In this document: positions 45,485 to 55,746 of the stretch, one piece after another | How positions within the stretch are numbered: position 1 is the stretch's first letter | Layout: the number at the start of each line of letters is the position of its first letter | NCBI GenBank assembly: GCA_963809325.1 | Contig: CAWEIZ010000007.1 | Coordinates: 836,851-900,850 of the forward strand | Reading direction: 5' to 3' | Source: an uncultured Actinomycetes bacterium | GTDB taxonomy: Bacteria > Actinomycetota > Thermoleophilia > Gaiellales > JAICJC01 | DNA: 64,000 nucleotides | Made by a program: the position numbers and the translations under genes | The notes under the pieces: model-generated | The model's input: the letters and a program-made list of their open reading frames with translations, nothing else | Databases searched by the model: none | Told to the model about the DNA's origin: nothing

Positions 45485-47032
45485 ATGCCGAACATCAACT
45501 CAGTGCGCGATACATGGCGCAACGTCGAACCGCGCGGCCAGCTCACGCTCGTGATCTCGTTCCTCCTGATCGCGGTCACCGGCTACTTCCTGTGGAGCTA
45601 CGCGACGAAGCCGAGCTACACGGCCGTCCAGACCAACCTGAACCCCGCCGACACGAACCGCGTGACGCAGGCGCTCGCCTCGGCCGGCGTCACGTACAAG
45701 GTCGTGAACGGCGGCACCGAGGTGGACGTCCTCTCGAGCCAGCAGTCGAAGGCGCAGGTCGCGCTCGCGTCCAAGGGCGTCGGGCCGGGCAACCACGCGA
45801 GCCTCGCCGACATGTCGAGCCTGGGCCTCGGCGCGACCGATTTCCAGCAGCGGGTCGCGTTCCAGCGCGGCCTCGAGGGCGACATCGCGTCGCAGATCGA
45901 GGGCATCGACGGCGTCACCGCCGCGCAGGTGCAGCTCGTGCTCCCGCAGGACACGCTCTTCCAGGATCAGGCCTCGGCGGCACGTGCGTCGGTGCTCCTG
46001 ACGGACAACGGCACGCTCGCGGGCTCCACGGTGGCGGGCATCGCGCACATGGTGTCCTCGAGCGTCCAGGGACTCGATCCGAACGACGTCACGGTCACCG
46101 ACAACCTCGGCCAGCTCCTGTGGCCGGCGAACGGCGCGGGCGGGGTGGGCGGCACGTTCGGCGCCACCGCGAAGCTCGCCCAGCAGCAGGCGTACGACGC
46201 CCAGGTGGCCGCCGACATCAACGCGATGCTCGCGCGAACGCTCGGCCCCGACAAGGCCGAGGCGCGGGTGAACGCCCAGCTCGATCTGAACCAGGTCACC
46301 AGCGACTCCGTGACGTACGACGGCAAGGTTGTGCCGCTGGTCGTGCAGAAGGACGACGAGAGCCTGTCCGGAAGCGGCGCAGGGGCAGGCGGCGCCGCGG
46401 GCACCGCGGGCAACATCCCGCCGGTCTATCAGGGCGGCGCGGGCGGCGCAGGTGGCTCCGGATCGACGTACACCCACCAGTCCGGCACCACGACCAACGG
46501 CGCCAACAAGGTGATCTCGCACGAGACGGTCGCGCCCGGCGCCGTCGAGAAGCAGAGCGTCGCGCTCATCTTCGACTCGTCGATCAAGCCTCCGGCGATC
46601 ACGGCGATCAAGAACACCGTCTCCGGGATGGTCGGGCTCGATCCCAGCCGCGGCGACGTGATCACGACCGCGTCCGTGCCCTTCACGAAGGTGCCTGCGG
46701 CGGGCGCAGCCTCCGCGGGCCTCATGGGCCTGCCGCTCTCGATCATGGACATCGTGAAGTACGTCGTCGGCGGCATCGGCAGCGTGATCTTCCTCTTCCT
46801 CGTCCGCAAGAACCTGAAGCGGCGCGAGGGCGAGGCGCGCCACCCGGAGCCCACCTGGCTCCGCGAGATCTCCGGCCACACGCCGATCGCCGCGCTCGAG
46901 CCGAGCATCGCCGACCGCGTGCCGCCCGAGCTCATCCAGCAGCGCCAGCAGGTTCAGCGTCAGGCTGAGGAGATCGTCACGAAGCAGCCCGAGCACGTCG
47001 CGATGCAGGTGCAGCAATGGATGAACGAGTAG
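45485..47032 (+). CDS. fliF: flagellar MS-ring protein FliF
   Basis: N-terminal TM, YTAVQTNLNPADTNRVTQALASAGV, C-terminal TM plus FliG-binding tail; 515 aa. Confidence 0.9.
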   Translation: MPNINSVRDTWRNVEPRGQLTLVISFLLIAVTGYFLWSYATKPSYTAVQTNLNPADTNRVTQALASAGVTYKVVNGGTEVDVLSSQQSKAQVALASKGVGPGNHASLADMSSLGLGATDFQQRVAFQRGLEGDIASQIEGIDGVTAAQVQLVLPQDTLFQDQASAARASVLLTDNGTLAGSTVAGIAHMVSSSVQGLDPNDVTVTDNLGQLLWPANGAGGVGGTFGATAKLAQQQAYDAQVAADINAMLARTLGPDKAEARVNAQLDLNQVTSDSVTYDGKVVPLVVQKDDESLSGSGAGAGGAAGTAGNIPPVYQGGAGGAGGSGSTYTHQSGTTTNGANKVISHETVAPGAVEKQSVALIFDSSIKPPAITAIKNTVSGMVGLDPSRGDVITTASVPFTKVPAAGAASAGLMGLPLSIMDIVKYVVGGIGSVIFLFLVRKNLKRREGEARHPEPTWLREISGHTPIAALEPSIADRVPPELIQQRQQVQRQAEEIVTKQPEHVAMQVQQWMNE

Positions 47033-48045
47033 CGCCGACCAGCATGCCCGGCCGCCGGAAGGCGGCGATCCTGCTCGTCTCGCTCGGCTCGAAGGGGGCG
47101 GCCGAGGTCTTCCGCCACCTCCCGAACGAGATGATCGAGCAGCTGACGGTCGAGATGGCCAAGATGCAGTCCGTCGAGCCCGAGTTCGCGTCGAAGGTCA
47201 TGCAGGAGATGGTCGACACCGCCTACGCGCGCGGGTATATCGCCGAGGGCGGCCTGCGCTTCGCCCGCGACGTGCTCGAGCAGTCGGTCGGGTCGCAGCG
47301 GGCCGGCGAGATCCTGAACCGCCTCTCGGTGATCATCGAGCAGACGCCGTTCGAGTTCCTGCGCAACACCCCGCCCGACCAGATCGCGGCGTTCCTGCGA
47401 AACGAGCACCCGCAGACGGTGGCCATGGTCGTCGCGCAGCTCCCGACGACGACGCTCGCAGCGAAGGTGATGGAGCTGCTCGAGGCGGAGCTCCAGGCGG
47501 ACGTCGCGATGCGGATCGCGATGATGGGCCAGACCTCGCCGGACGTCGTGAAGGAGGTCGCGCAGGTGATGGAGCGCAAGCTCGAGACGGTGCTCCAGCG
47601 CGAGTGGGCGGCCGCCGGCGGTGTCCGCTCGCTGGCCGCGATCCTGAACGCCGCGAACCGCTCGACCGAGCGGAACATCCTCGAGCACCTCGCCACGGAG
47701 GACGACGAGGTCGCCAACGAGGTGCGCTCACTCCTCTTCGTCTTCGAGGACATCCTGAAGTTGGACGACCGCTCGATCCAGATGGTGCTGCGCGAGGTCG
47801 ACTCGAAGGACCTCGGGCTCGCGATGCGCGGCGCCTCGCCCGACGTGCAGTCCAAGATCCTCGACAACATGTCCCAGCGCGGAGCCGAGATGCTGCGCGA
47901 GGAGATGGAGTACATGCCGCCGCAGCGACGCCGGGTCGTCGAGGAGGCGCAGACCAAGATCGTGGGCGTCGTGCGCAAGCTCGAGGACTCGGGCGAGCTC
48001 GTGATCTCCCGCGGCGGCGACTTCGAGGACGAGCTCATTGCCTGA
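47017..48045 (+). CDS. fliG: flagellar motor switch protein FliG
   Basis: GRRKAAILLVSLG, EHPQTVAMVVAQL, MLREEMEYMPPQRRRVVEEAQTKIV. Confidence 0.92.
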   Translation: MDERVAPTSMPGRRKAAILLVSLGSKGAAEVFRHLPNEMIEQLTVEMAKMQSVEPEFASKVMQEMVDTAYARGYIAEGGLRFARDVLEQSVGSQRAGEILNRLSVIIEQTPFEFLRNTPPDQIAAFLRNEHPQTVAMVVAQLPTTTLAAKVMELLEAELQADVAMRIAMMGQTSPDVVKEVAQVMERKLETVLQREWAAAGGVRSLAAILNAANRSTERNILEHLATEDDEVANEVRSLLFVFEDILKLDDRSIQMVLREVDSKDLGLAMRGASPDVQSKILDNMSQRGAEMLREEMEYMPPQRRRVVEEAQTKIVGVVRKLEDSGELVISRGGDFEDELIA

Positions 48046-48655
48046 GACCTTCGAGTTCGGTGCCCTCGAGGCGCCGCCGCACCTGGTCATCGAGCCCGGC
48101 ACGGCCGAGGAGCGCCTGCGGGCGATCGCAGCCGAGACGCGCCGGCGTGCGCACGAGGAGGGGCTCGCAGAGGGCCTGGCGGAGGCGCGCGCGCTGGTCG
48201 CGCCCGCGTTCGAGGCCGTCGCCGAGGCGGAGCGGCTGATCCGGGCGCGCGAGGAGGACTTCCTCCGCGCCGCCGAGCGCTCGGCCGTCGAGCTGGCGCT
48301 CGCGATCGCCGAGAAGATCGTCGGCGCGGCGGTGTCGGCCCGCCCGGAGACCGTGCTCGAGGTGGTCGGAGGCGCGCTCCTTCGCACCGCGACCCGCCAC
48401 CGGCTCGTGATCGAGGTCAACCCGGAGGATCTCGAGCTCGTGTCCGAGAGCGCCGAGGGGCTGGCCGCCCGCCTGGGCGGCGTCCAGCGGCTCGACGTCG
48501 TCGCGGAGCGGCGGGTCGAGCGGGGCGGGTGCATCGTCCGTACCGAGGAGGGCGAGATCGATGCGCGCATCGGCTCGCAGCTCGAGCGCCTCGCCGAGCT
48601 CCTGACCGAGGCCGGCCGCCGGAGCGACGCTCCCGCCCGCCTCGAGGCGGCATAG
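48038..48655 (+). CDS. fliH: flagellar export apparatus protein FliH
   Basis: Coiled-coil N-half and ERGGCIVRTEEGEIDARIGSQLERL C-terminal block. Position between fliG and fliI. Confidence 0.75.
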   Translation: MPETFEFGALEAPPHLVIEPGTAEERLRAIAAETRRRAHEEGLAEGLAEARALVAPAFEAVAEAERLIRAREEDFLRAAERSAVELALAIAEKIVGAAVSARPETVLEVVGGALLRTATRHRLVIEVNPEDLELVSESAEGLAARLGGVQRLDVVAERRVERGGCIVRTEEGEIDARIGSQLERLAELLTEAGRRSDAPARLEAA

Positions 48656-48662
48656 ACACCCG

Positions 48663-50048
48663 GTGGCGCCGGACCCGACGCTCACGCGGTACCGCGCGGC
48701 CGTGGTCGAGGCCGACTCCCACAGCAGGCACGGCCGCGTCACCAACCTCATCGGGCTCGTGATCGAGGTCACGGGCCTGCGCGCCGAGGTCGGCGAGCTC
48801 GTCACGATCTCGGCCGGGCGCAACCGCCCGCCGGTCCCTGCCGAGGTGGTCGGCTTTCGCGAGGGTCGAACGCTTCTCATGCCGCTCGGCGAGATGCACG
48901 GCATCGGCCCCGGCAGGCGCGTCGAGGCCACCGGGAACTCGTTCCGCGTGCGCGTCGGCGACTGCCTCCTGGGCCGCGTCCTCGACGGCCTCGGGCGGCC
49001 GATCGACGGCGGCCCCGAGCTGAGCGCCGATCAGCTTCGCACCGTCGCGGGGAGCCCGCCGTCGCCGATGCACCGCACGCGCATCGTCGAGCGTCTCGAC
49101 CTCGGAGTGCGGGCGCTGGACGCGCTCGTCCCGTGCGGCCGCGGCCAGCGGCTCGGGATCTTCTCGGGCTCGGGCGTCGGGAAGTCGACGCTCCTCGGCT
49201 CGATCGCCCGGTCGACGACCGCGTCGGTGAACGTCATCTGCCTCGTCGGCGAGCGCGGCCGCGAGCTGCTCGAGTTCATCGAGCGTGATCTGGGAAGCGC
49301 GCTCGAGCGCTCGGTCGTGGTCGTCGCGACCTCCGACCAGCCGGCGCTCGTCAGGATCAAGGCCGCGATGGTCGCCACGACCGTCGCCGAGCACTTCCGC
49401 GACGAGGGCCACGACGTGCTGCTCATGATGGACTCGGTCACGCGTCTCGCCATGGCCCAGCGCGAGGTCGGGCTCGCGATCGGCGAGCCGCCCGCGACGC
49501 GCGGCTACACACCGAGCGTCTTCGCCATGCTGCCCCGTCTCCTCGAGCGCGCCGGGACGGCCGAGCGCGGCTCGATCACGGGCCTCTACACCGTGCTCGT
49601 CGAGGGTGACGACATGTCCGAGCCCGTCGCCGACGCCGTCCGGTCGATCCTGGACGGGCACTGCGTCCTCTCGCGTGAGCTCGCCCACAAGAGCCACTAC
49701 CCGGCGATCGACGTCCTCGAGTCGATCTCGCGCCTGGCCACCGAGATCACGACGCCCGAGGTGCTGGTCGCGGCCGCCGGGCTGCGCGAGACGCTCGCCG
49801 CGTACCGCGCCAAGGAGGACCTGATCACGATCGGCGCATACACCGCCGGCGGCGACCCGGCCGTCGACTACGCCATCGCGAAGCTCCCTCACATCAACGC
49901 GTTCCTGCGCCAGCGGGCCGACGAGGCGTCGGCGGCTCGGGACACCGACGCCGCCCTGATCGAGCTCATGGCTGACCGCGGGGAGCCGGGTTCATTCCTC
50001 CCGGTGCGCGCCGATTACCCGGACGTCATCACGATGCCGGAGGCCTGA
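48663..50048 (+). CDS. fliI: flagellum-specific ATPase FliI
   Basis: Walker A GSGVGKST, LLMMDSVTRLAMAQREV, F1/T3SS-ATPase fold blocks. Confidence 0.95.
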   Translation: MAPDPTLTRYRAAVVEADSHSRHGRVTNLIGLVIEVTGLRAEVGELVTISAGRNRPPVPAEVVGFREGRTLLMPLGEMHGIGPGRRVEATGNSFRVRVGDCLLGRVLDGLGRPIDGGPELSADQLRTVAGSPPSPMHRTRIVERLDLGVRALDALVPCGRGQRLGIFSGSGVGKSTLLGSIARSTTASVNVICLVGERGRELLEFIERDLGSALERSVVVVATSDQPALVRIKAAMVATTVAEHFRDEGHDVLLMMDSVTRLAMAQREVGLAIGEPPATRGYTPSVFAMLPRLLERAGTAERGSITGLYTVLVEGDDMSEPVADAVRSILDGHCVLSRELAHKSHYPAIDVLESISRLATEITTPEVLVAAAGLRETLAAYRAKEDLITIGAYTAGGDPAVDYAIAKLPHINAFLRQRADEASAARDTDAALIELMADRGEPGSFLPVRADYPDVITMPEA

Positions 50049-50482
50049 TGTCCACCGCCGAGACCACTCGCCAGCTTGTCATCTTCTCGCTCGGAAGCGA
50101 GGAGTACGCCCTTCCGATCACGCGCGTCCAGGAGATCATCCGCTACACGGAACCACGGATGGTCGCCTCGCGGACAGCGTGGATCCGCGGTGTCATCAAC
50201 CTCCGAGGCAAGATCGTGCCCGTGTGCGACCTCGCCGAGCGGCTCGGCCTCTTTCTCGAGCGCTCCGACGTCGCCAAGATCGTCATCGTCGAGACCGAGA
50301 CCGGCACCGCCGGGGTCATCGTGGACGACGTCGAGGAGGTCCTGACCGTCGACGACGCCCAGCTCGAGGACGTCCCGACCGCCGACACGGCATACGTGGA
50401 CGCGATCGCCAAGCTCGACGACAGGCTCGCCATCCTGCTCAATCCGGACGGGCTCCTCGCCGGTCTGGATATCGCAGCCTAG
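50048..50482 (+). CDS. cheW: chemotaxis coupling protein CheW
   Basis: LVIFSLGSEEYALPITRVQEIIR...IRGVINLRGKIVPVCDL. ATG overlaps the fliI stop. Confidence 0.9.
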   Translation: MSTAETTRQLVIFSLGSEEYALPITRVQEIIRYTEPRMVASRTAWIRGVINLRGKIVPVCDLAERLGLFLERSDVAKIVIVETETGTAGVIVDDVEEVLTVDDAQLEDVPTADTAYVDAIAKLDDRLAILLNPDGLLAGLDIAA

Positions 50483-50681
50483 ATGGTTGACCGATAACTC
50501 CCGCGCGCCTGGACGTCCGGCGCGCTGGAACGGCGAACAGTGGAGGGCTGCGGCTGCGAACCGTCGCATCGCGGCGTCCTCGGTCGCGTCGATATTTCAA
50601 CCAATATCGACGCTCCCTGCGTCCTAGCGCTACTCGGTTCGCAACCGCCCCGGACATCACGGCAGTCATCGATCAACCATC
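50482..50681. repeat. structured MITE-like repeat, copy C (200 bp, lacks one hairpin module)
   Basis: TIRs GATGGTTGACCGAT / ATCGATCAACCATC. The left TA plus G is the cheW TAG stop. Central hairpin at 50586-50613. Core blocks are 39/40 and 27/28 identical to A and B. Confidence 0.85.
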
Positions 50682-50697
50682 TGCCGCTCAGTACCGG

Positions 50698-50724
50698 TAA
50701 ATCCGGCCCGCCGCGAACCGATTA
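50698..50724 (+). promoter_or_regulatory. sigma-28-type promoter TAAA-N15-ACCGATTA
   Basis: Exact spacing, 36 nt upstream of the cheB ATG and 17 nt after repeat copy C. Confidence 0.5.
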
Positions 50725-50759
50725 CCAGACTGCCCGGAAGGCCCGGGCACCCGAACGCC

Positions 50760-51818
50760 ATGCAGACCCGCCAGACCCCCTCACCGTCCCGTGTCCGTGT
50801 CGTCGTCGCCGACGACTCGGCCTTCATGCGACATGTGATCGCAGACGGCCTCGCGGAGCGGGGAGCGGAGGTCGTGGGGGTCGCCTCCAACGGCGACGAG
50901 GCGCTCGCCGAGTGCGCGAAGCAGCGGCCTGACGTGCTGTCGCTTGACCTGGCGATGCCCGGCCTGGACGGCATCGGCGTGCTCAAGGAGCTCCGCGCCC
51001 GTAACTCGGACGTCGCGGTGGTCGTCGTCTCGGCCTTCTCGCCGGCGCACGGCGCGCGCGCCGTCGACGCCCTCGCCGAGGGCGCGGTCGAGCTCGTCGC
51101 CAAGCCGGCGGCCGGAGTCCTCCCCGACGCGTTCTTCGCCGAGCTCTACGACAAGACTCACATGGCCGCTGCGTCGCGTCGCAGGGCCGTCGCACCGCGG
51201 CGCCAGCCGGCCGCCCCGCCGGCCCCGGCGCCCCACCGCGCGCCCGGCAGCGTCGCCGGCATGCGGGCGCTGGTCATCGCGTGCTCGACCGGCGGGCCCA
51301 AGGCGCTGGCCGCACTCGTCCCGACGCTGCCGGCCGACCTCGGCTGCGGGATCGTGATCGTCCAGCACATGCCGGCAGGTTTCACCGGATCCCTCGCCGA
51401 GCGGCTCGACCGGGCCTCCAGGCTCACGGTGCGCGAGGCCCGCTCGGGCGACAAGATCACACCCGGGGTTGCGCTCCTCGCCCCCGGCGGCCACCACCTG
51501 CGCGTCTCCGGCGACGGGACGGTGCGCCTCACCGAGGAGCCCGAGATCGGCGGCCTCCGGCCGCGCGCAGACGTGACGATCCGCGACGCCGCCGCCGTCT
51601 ACCGGAACCGGCTGCTCCTGACCGTGCTCACCGGGATGGGGAAGGACGGCCTCGAGGGCGCGCGCGACGTGAAGCGCCTCGGCGGCCGCATCCTGGTCGA
51701 GGACGAGTCGACCTGCACCGTCTACGGCATGCCGCGCTCCATCTCGGAGGCGCACCTGGCCGACGTCGAGCTCCCGCTCGAAGCCCTGACCGCCGCGATC
51801 ATCGAGGAGGCGGCATGA
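50760..51818 (+). CDS. cheB: chemotaxis response regulator protein-glutamate methylesterase CheB
   Basis: Receiver (VVVADDSAFMR...DVLSLDLAMPGLDG) plus methylesterase (ACSTGGPKAL, IVQHMPAGFT, GMGKDG). Confidence 0.92.
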   Translation: MQTRQTPSPSRVRVVVADDSAFMRHVIADGLAERGAEVVGVASNGDEALAECAKQRPDVLSLDLAMPGLDGIGVLKELRARNSDVAVVVVSAFSPAHGARAVDALAEGAVELVAKPAAGVLPDAFFAELYDKTHMAAASRRRAVAPRRQPAAPPAPAPHRAPGSVAGMRALVIACSTGGPKALAALVPTLPADLGCGIVIVQHMPAGFTGSLAERLDRASRLTVREARSGDKITPGVALLAPGGHHLRVSGDGTVRLTEEPEIGGLRPRADVTIRDAAAVYRNRLLLTVLTGMGKDGLEGARDVKRLGGRILVEDESTCTVYGMPRSISEAHLADVELPLEALTAAIIEEAA

Positions 51819-52606
51819 GCGCCCAGCCCCACGCCATCCACGACGACTTCGTCCAGTTCTGCACCGGCTTCCGCCGCCTGACCGGGATCGACCTGACGCA
51901 GTACAAGCGCCGGCAGATGGAACGGCGCGTGCGCACGTTCGCCGACCGCCGGGCGCCGGATCTGGCCGGCTACCTGCAGATGCTGTCGGGCAGCCGGGAC
52001 GAGCTGAACGAGTTCCTGGATCGCGTCACGATCAACGTCTCCCAGCTCTGGCGCAACCCCGAGCAGTGGGAAGCGCTGGCAAGGATCGTCACCGGCCTCG
52101 CCGAGACGGGGACGGTGCGAGCGTGGAGCGCCGGCTGCTCGTACGGCGCCGAGGCCTACACGCTGGCCGCCATCGGCCGGGAGGTCGCGCCGAACGCACG
52201 CCTCGAGATCCTCGGGACCGACATCGACAAGCGCATGGTGGCGCGCGCCCGCGAAGGCCTGTTCACGATCGACGACGCCCGCAGCGCGCCGCCCGCGCAG
52301 CTCAAGAAGTGGTTCGACCGCCAGCCGGACGGCTGGCGCGCCAAGCCGGAGCTGCGCCTCCTGACCCGGTTCGACACCGGCGATCTCCTGAACGACCGCA
52401 TCCAGGCTGCGCGCTTCGACCTGGTGCTCTGCCGGAACGTCGTCATCTACTTCACGGAGCCCGTCCGCGACGCGCTGCACCAGCGGCTCGTCGAGTCGTT
52501 GCGGCCCGGCGGCTACCTCATGGTCGGCTCGAGCGAGCGGGTCGCCGACCCCCGCGCAATGGGGCTCGCGTCCCCCGCACCCTTCATCTACCGGAAGGCC
52601 GCCTGA
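51815..52606 (+). CDS. cheR: chemotaxis protein methyltransferase CheR
   Basis: DLTQYKRRQMERRV, VRAWSAGCSYGAEAYTLA, VLCRNVVIYF. ATG overlaps the cheB stop. Confidence 0.9.
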   Translation: MSAQPHAIHDDFVQFCTGFRRLTGIDLTQYKRRQMERRVRTFADRRAPDLAGYLQMLSGSRDELNEFLDRVTINVSQLWRNPEQWEALARIVTGLAETGTVRAWSAGCSYGAEAYTLAAIGREVAPNARLEILGTDIDKRMVARAREGLFTIDDARSAPPAQLKKWFDRQPDGWRAKPELRLLTRFDTGDLLNDRIQAARFDLVLCRNVVIYFTEPVRDALHQRLVESLRPGGYLMVGSSERVADPRAMGLASPAPFIYRKAA

Positions 52607-54627
52607 TGGACATCTCCGAGTACCTGGGCATGTTCCTCGCCGAGAGCCGGGAGCACCTGCAGAACCTGAACCTGGCCGTCATCCGCATCGAGGAATCGCC
52701 GGACGACCGCGACACCATCGACGAGATCTTCCGCATCGCGCACTCCCTCAAGGGGATGAGCGGCACGATGGGCTTCGCCCAGATGGCGGCGCTCACACAC
52801 AAGATGGAGGACGTCTTCGAGACGTTGCGCGGCCGGTCCGAGGCCCTCGAGCACTCGGTCGTCGACGTGCTCCTGGGCTGCCTCGACACGCTCGAGGGCG
52901 CGCTCGACAGCATCGAGACGTCCGGCGATGAGGGCCTCGACGCGACGGCGCTCGTGGCCCGCCTCGGCGAGCTCGTCGGCGAGCAGGCACACGCCGCCCC
53001 GGCAGCTCCCGCGGAGAGCGGCATCCCGACAGAGATGCCCGAGATCGTGCGCGGCTACGAGGGCGACGCGCCGCTTCTCCGGATCGAGATCGAGCTTGTC
53101 GCCGACGTGATGATGCCCGCCGTGCGGAGCTACATGACGCTCGCCGCGATCGCGGACCACGGTGAGACCATCCACTCGACGCCGAGCTCCGACGAGGTCG
53201 ACACCTTCGAGGGCCGCCGGCTCGAGGCGTGGGTGGTGACCGAGCACGAGCACGCGACGATCGACGCCGCCGTGCGCGCCGTCCCCGACGTCGGAGCCGT
53301 GACCATCTCGGTGGTCGACCCGGCGACGGCCGGCGAGGCGACTGCACCGGAGCCGGCGGGTGACGCGCCGGCCGCGGCGGAGGCGAAGCCGGCGGCGCCC
53401 GCGCCGCCCTCCGGCGGCGCGGCGCCCGCCCAGGGGCGGTCTGCCACGACCGTCCGCGTCGATGCCGAGCGGCTCGACCAGCTGATGCACTACATGGGAG
53501 AGCTCGTCGTCCACCGCACGCGGGTCGAGTCCCTCGCCGCAGGGAGCGGCGTCGAAGGCCTCACGGAGGCGATCGGCGAGCTCACGCGCAGCTCGCAGTC
53601 GCTCCAGGCGATGGTGATGCAGGTGCGCATGATCGAGGTCGAGGCCGTCTTCATGCGGTTCCCGCGCCTTGTCCGTGACCTCTCGACCAAGTTCGGAAAG
53701 CAGGTCGAGCTCGTCATGACGGGCCGCGACACCGAGCTCGACCGCACGGTCGTGGATGCCCTCGGCGACCCGCTCGTCCACCTCGTCCGAAACTCGCTCG
53801 ACCACGCGCTCGAGTCGCCGGAGGAGCGCCTGGCGGCGGGCAAGCCCGCCACGGGCACGCTCGAGCTCGCCGCCCGCCACGCCGGCTCGAACGTCGTCAT
53901 CACCGTGCGCGACGACGGCCGGGGGATCAACCCCGAGCTGGTCGCAACCCGAGCCGCCGAGCGCGGCCTCATCCCCCGGGACGCGGTCGGCACGATCGAC
54001 ATGGCCCGGGCGATCGAGCTGCTCTTCACGCCGGGATTCTCGACCTCCGAGACCACGAGCGATATCTCGGGCCGCGGTGTCGGCATGGACGCCGTCCGAA
54101 ACGCGATCCGCGGCCTCGGCGGCGCCGTCGTCATGACCTCGGAGCCGGGTGTGGGATCGATCGTGCAGGTGCGCCTGCCGCTGACGCTGGCGATCGTCCC
54201 GGCGCTCCTCGTCGAGTCGCACGAGACGCCCTTTGCGATCCCGCTCGAGCGGGTCGAGCGCACCGTGAACCTCGCCGAGCAGACCGTGCGGTCGGTGATC
54301 GGCCGGCGGACGCTCGTCCTGAGCGACGGGGTGCTGCCGCTGATCGACCTCGCCGAGGCGCTCGGCTACGCGCCCGCGCCGGATGCCGGCTACGTCGTCA
54401 TCACCCGCGGCGCGGACCGGCGCCTGGCCCTCGTGGTCGAACGGCTCGTCGGCCAGCGCGAGCTGGTCACGCGGCCGCTGCCGGCCGAGGTCGGCGACGC
54501 AAGCTCCCTCTCGGGCGGCGCCGTCCTCTCGAACGGCGAGATCGCCCTCATCGTCGATTGCGACGCCCTCGCGGATGCCTGCAGCGGCGCAGCCAACCCC
54601 TCCACCGATCTGCCCACTGCGGCCTAG
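52606..54627 (+). CDS. cheA: chemotaxis histidine kinase CheA
   Basis: HPt IAHSLKGMSG, HATPase blocks LVHLVRNSLDH, DDGRGI, GRGVGMD, and a C-terminal CheW-like domain. Confidence 0.93.
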   Translation: MDISEYLGMFLAESREHLQNLNLAVIRIEESPDDRDTIDEIFRIAHSLKGMSGTMGFAQMAALTHKMEDVFETLRGRSEALEHSVVDVLLGCLDTLEGALDSIETSGDEGLDATALVARLGELVGEQAHAAPAAPAESGIPTEMPEIVRGYEGDAPLLRIEIELVADVMMPAVRSYMTLAAIADHGETIHSTPSSDEVDTFEGRRLEAWVVTEHEHATIDAAVRAVPDVGAVTISVVDPATAGEATAPEPAGDAPAAAEAKPAAPAPPSGGAAPAQGRSATTVRVDAERLDQLMHYMGELVVHRTRVESLAAGSGVEGLTEAIGELTRSSQSLQAMVMQVRMIEVEAVFMRFPRLVRDLSTKFGKQVELVMTGRDTELDRTVVDALGDPLVHLVRNSLDHALESPEERLAAGKPATGTLELAARHAGSNVVITVRDDGRGINPELVATRAAERGLIPRDAVGTIDMARAIELLFTPGFSTSETTSDISGRGVGMDAVRNAIRGLGGAVVMTSEPGVGSIVQVRLPLTLAIVPALLVESHETPFAIPLERVERTVNLAEQTVRSVIGRRTLVLSDGVLPLIDLAEALGYAPAPDAGYVVITRGADRRLALVVERLVGQRELVTRPLPAEVGDASSLSGGAVLSNGEIALIVDCDALADACSGAANPSTDLPTAA

Positions 54628-54642
54628 GAGCGTGACACACCC

Positions 54643-55236
54643 ATGAACCTGAACGACCTCCAGCTCGACGCTCTTCGTGAGATGTCGAACATCGGCTCCG
54701 GCAACGCCGCGACGGCGCTCGCGAGCATGCTGGGCCAGTCCGTCGACCTGCACGTCCCGACGGCGCTCGCGCTCGAGCTCGCGGATGCCGTCGAGGCCGT
54801 GGGGAACCCGGAGGACACCGTCAACGCCGTCATCATCGGCGTGTTCGGCGACCTCGACGCCACGGTCCTCCTGCTGTTCGACCCCGAGAGCGCGAGCACG
54901 CTCTGCTCGCTGCTCGGCGTCGAGGGCGACCCGGAGATGGCCCTCTCGGCGCTCGGCGAGATCGGGAACATCCTCGGCAGCTCGTACGTCCAGGCGATGG
55001 GCACCATGACGAACCTGCAGATGGAGCCGCACCCGCCCGTCGCGATGGCCGACATGCTCGGCGCGATCGTCGCCAGCGTCCTCGCCGTCACCGCCGCCGA
55101 CACCGATCTGGCGCTGCTCCTCGACTCGAAGATGACCGTCGACGGCACGGCCTGCAAGTTCGGCTTCCTGTACGTCCCAAGCGGCGCCGGCGTGGCGCTG
55201 CTCCTCGACCGTCTCGGACTGGGCGAGGCGGCGTAG
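54643..55236 (+). CDS. cheC: CheY-P phosphatase CheC
   Basis: LDALREMSNIGSGNAATALASMLG and a second ALGEIGNILGSSY repeat. Confidence 0.8.
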   Translation: MNLNDLQLDALREMSNIGSGNAATALASMLGQSVDLHVPTALALELADAVEAVGNPEDTVNAVIIGVFGDLDATVLLLFDPESASTLCSLLGVEGDPEMALSALGEIGNILGSSYVQAMGTMTNLQMEPHPPVAMADMLGAIVASVLAVTAADTDLALLLDSKMTVDGTACKFGFLYVPSGAGVALLLDRLGLGEAA

Positions 55237-55746
55237 GTGGCCGAGGTGGTCGTCCGCATGGGTGAAATCGCCGCCACACAGCACGCAGGCGACGTCCTGG
55301 TCGGCCTCGGCCTCGGATCCTGCATCGGGCTCGTCCTCATCGAGGACAGAGGCCCCATCGCCGCCATGGCGCACGTGGTGCTGCCCGAGTCGAACGGCAA
55401 GGCCGCATCGGCCGGCAAGTTCGCAGATACGGCCGTTCCCCGGCTGATCCACGAGGTCACCTCGATCGGCGCCGCCCGCTCGAGGCTGTCGGCCGTGCTC
55501 GTCGGCGGTGCACAGATGTTCGCCACGGCCGGCCGGCTCGACATCGGAAACCGCAACGAGCAGGCGGTGCGAGAGGCGCTGCAGGCCCACGGGATCCCGG
55601 TGCGCGCCGCAGCGACGGGTGGGAGCACCGGCCGCACGATGCGCGTCTACCTCGAGAGCTGCTCGATCACCTGCAAGGAGGCCGGGCGCGACGAGATCGA
55701 GATCGCAGCATGGGGCGGGTTTGCACAGATGGCGAGGGCGGCATGA
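55237..55746 (+). CDS. cheD: chemoreceptor glutamine deamidase CheD
   Basis: GLGSCIGLVLIED...AMAHVVLP...GGAQMF. Confidence 0.85.
   Translation: MAEVVVRMGEIAATQHAGDVLVGLGLGSCIGLVLIEDRGPIAAMAHVVLPESNGKAASAGKFADTAVPRLIHEVTSIGAARSRLSAVLVGGAQMFATAGRLDIGNRNEQAVREALQAHGIPVRAAATGGSTGRTMRVYLESCSITCKEAGRDEIEIAAWGGFAQMARAA

Noticed and set aside
49991-50017. TTCA-N15-GCCGATTA inside the fliI 3' end as a sixth sigma-28 promoter (for cheW)
   Set aside because: The -35 element matches only 2 of 4 positions, the motif lies within coding sequence, and cheW is translationally coupled to fliI (ATGA-type overlap). It is mentioned only as a weak candidate.
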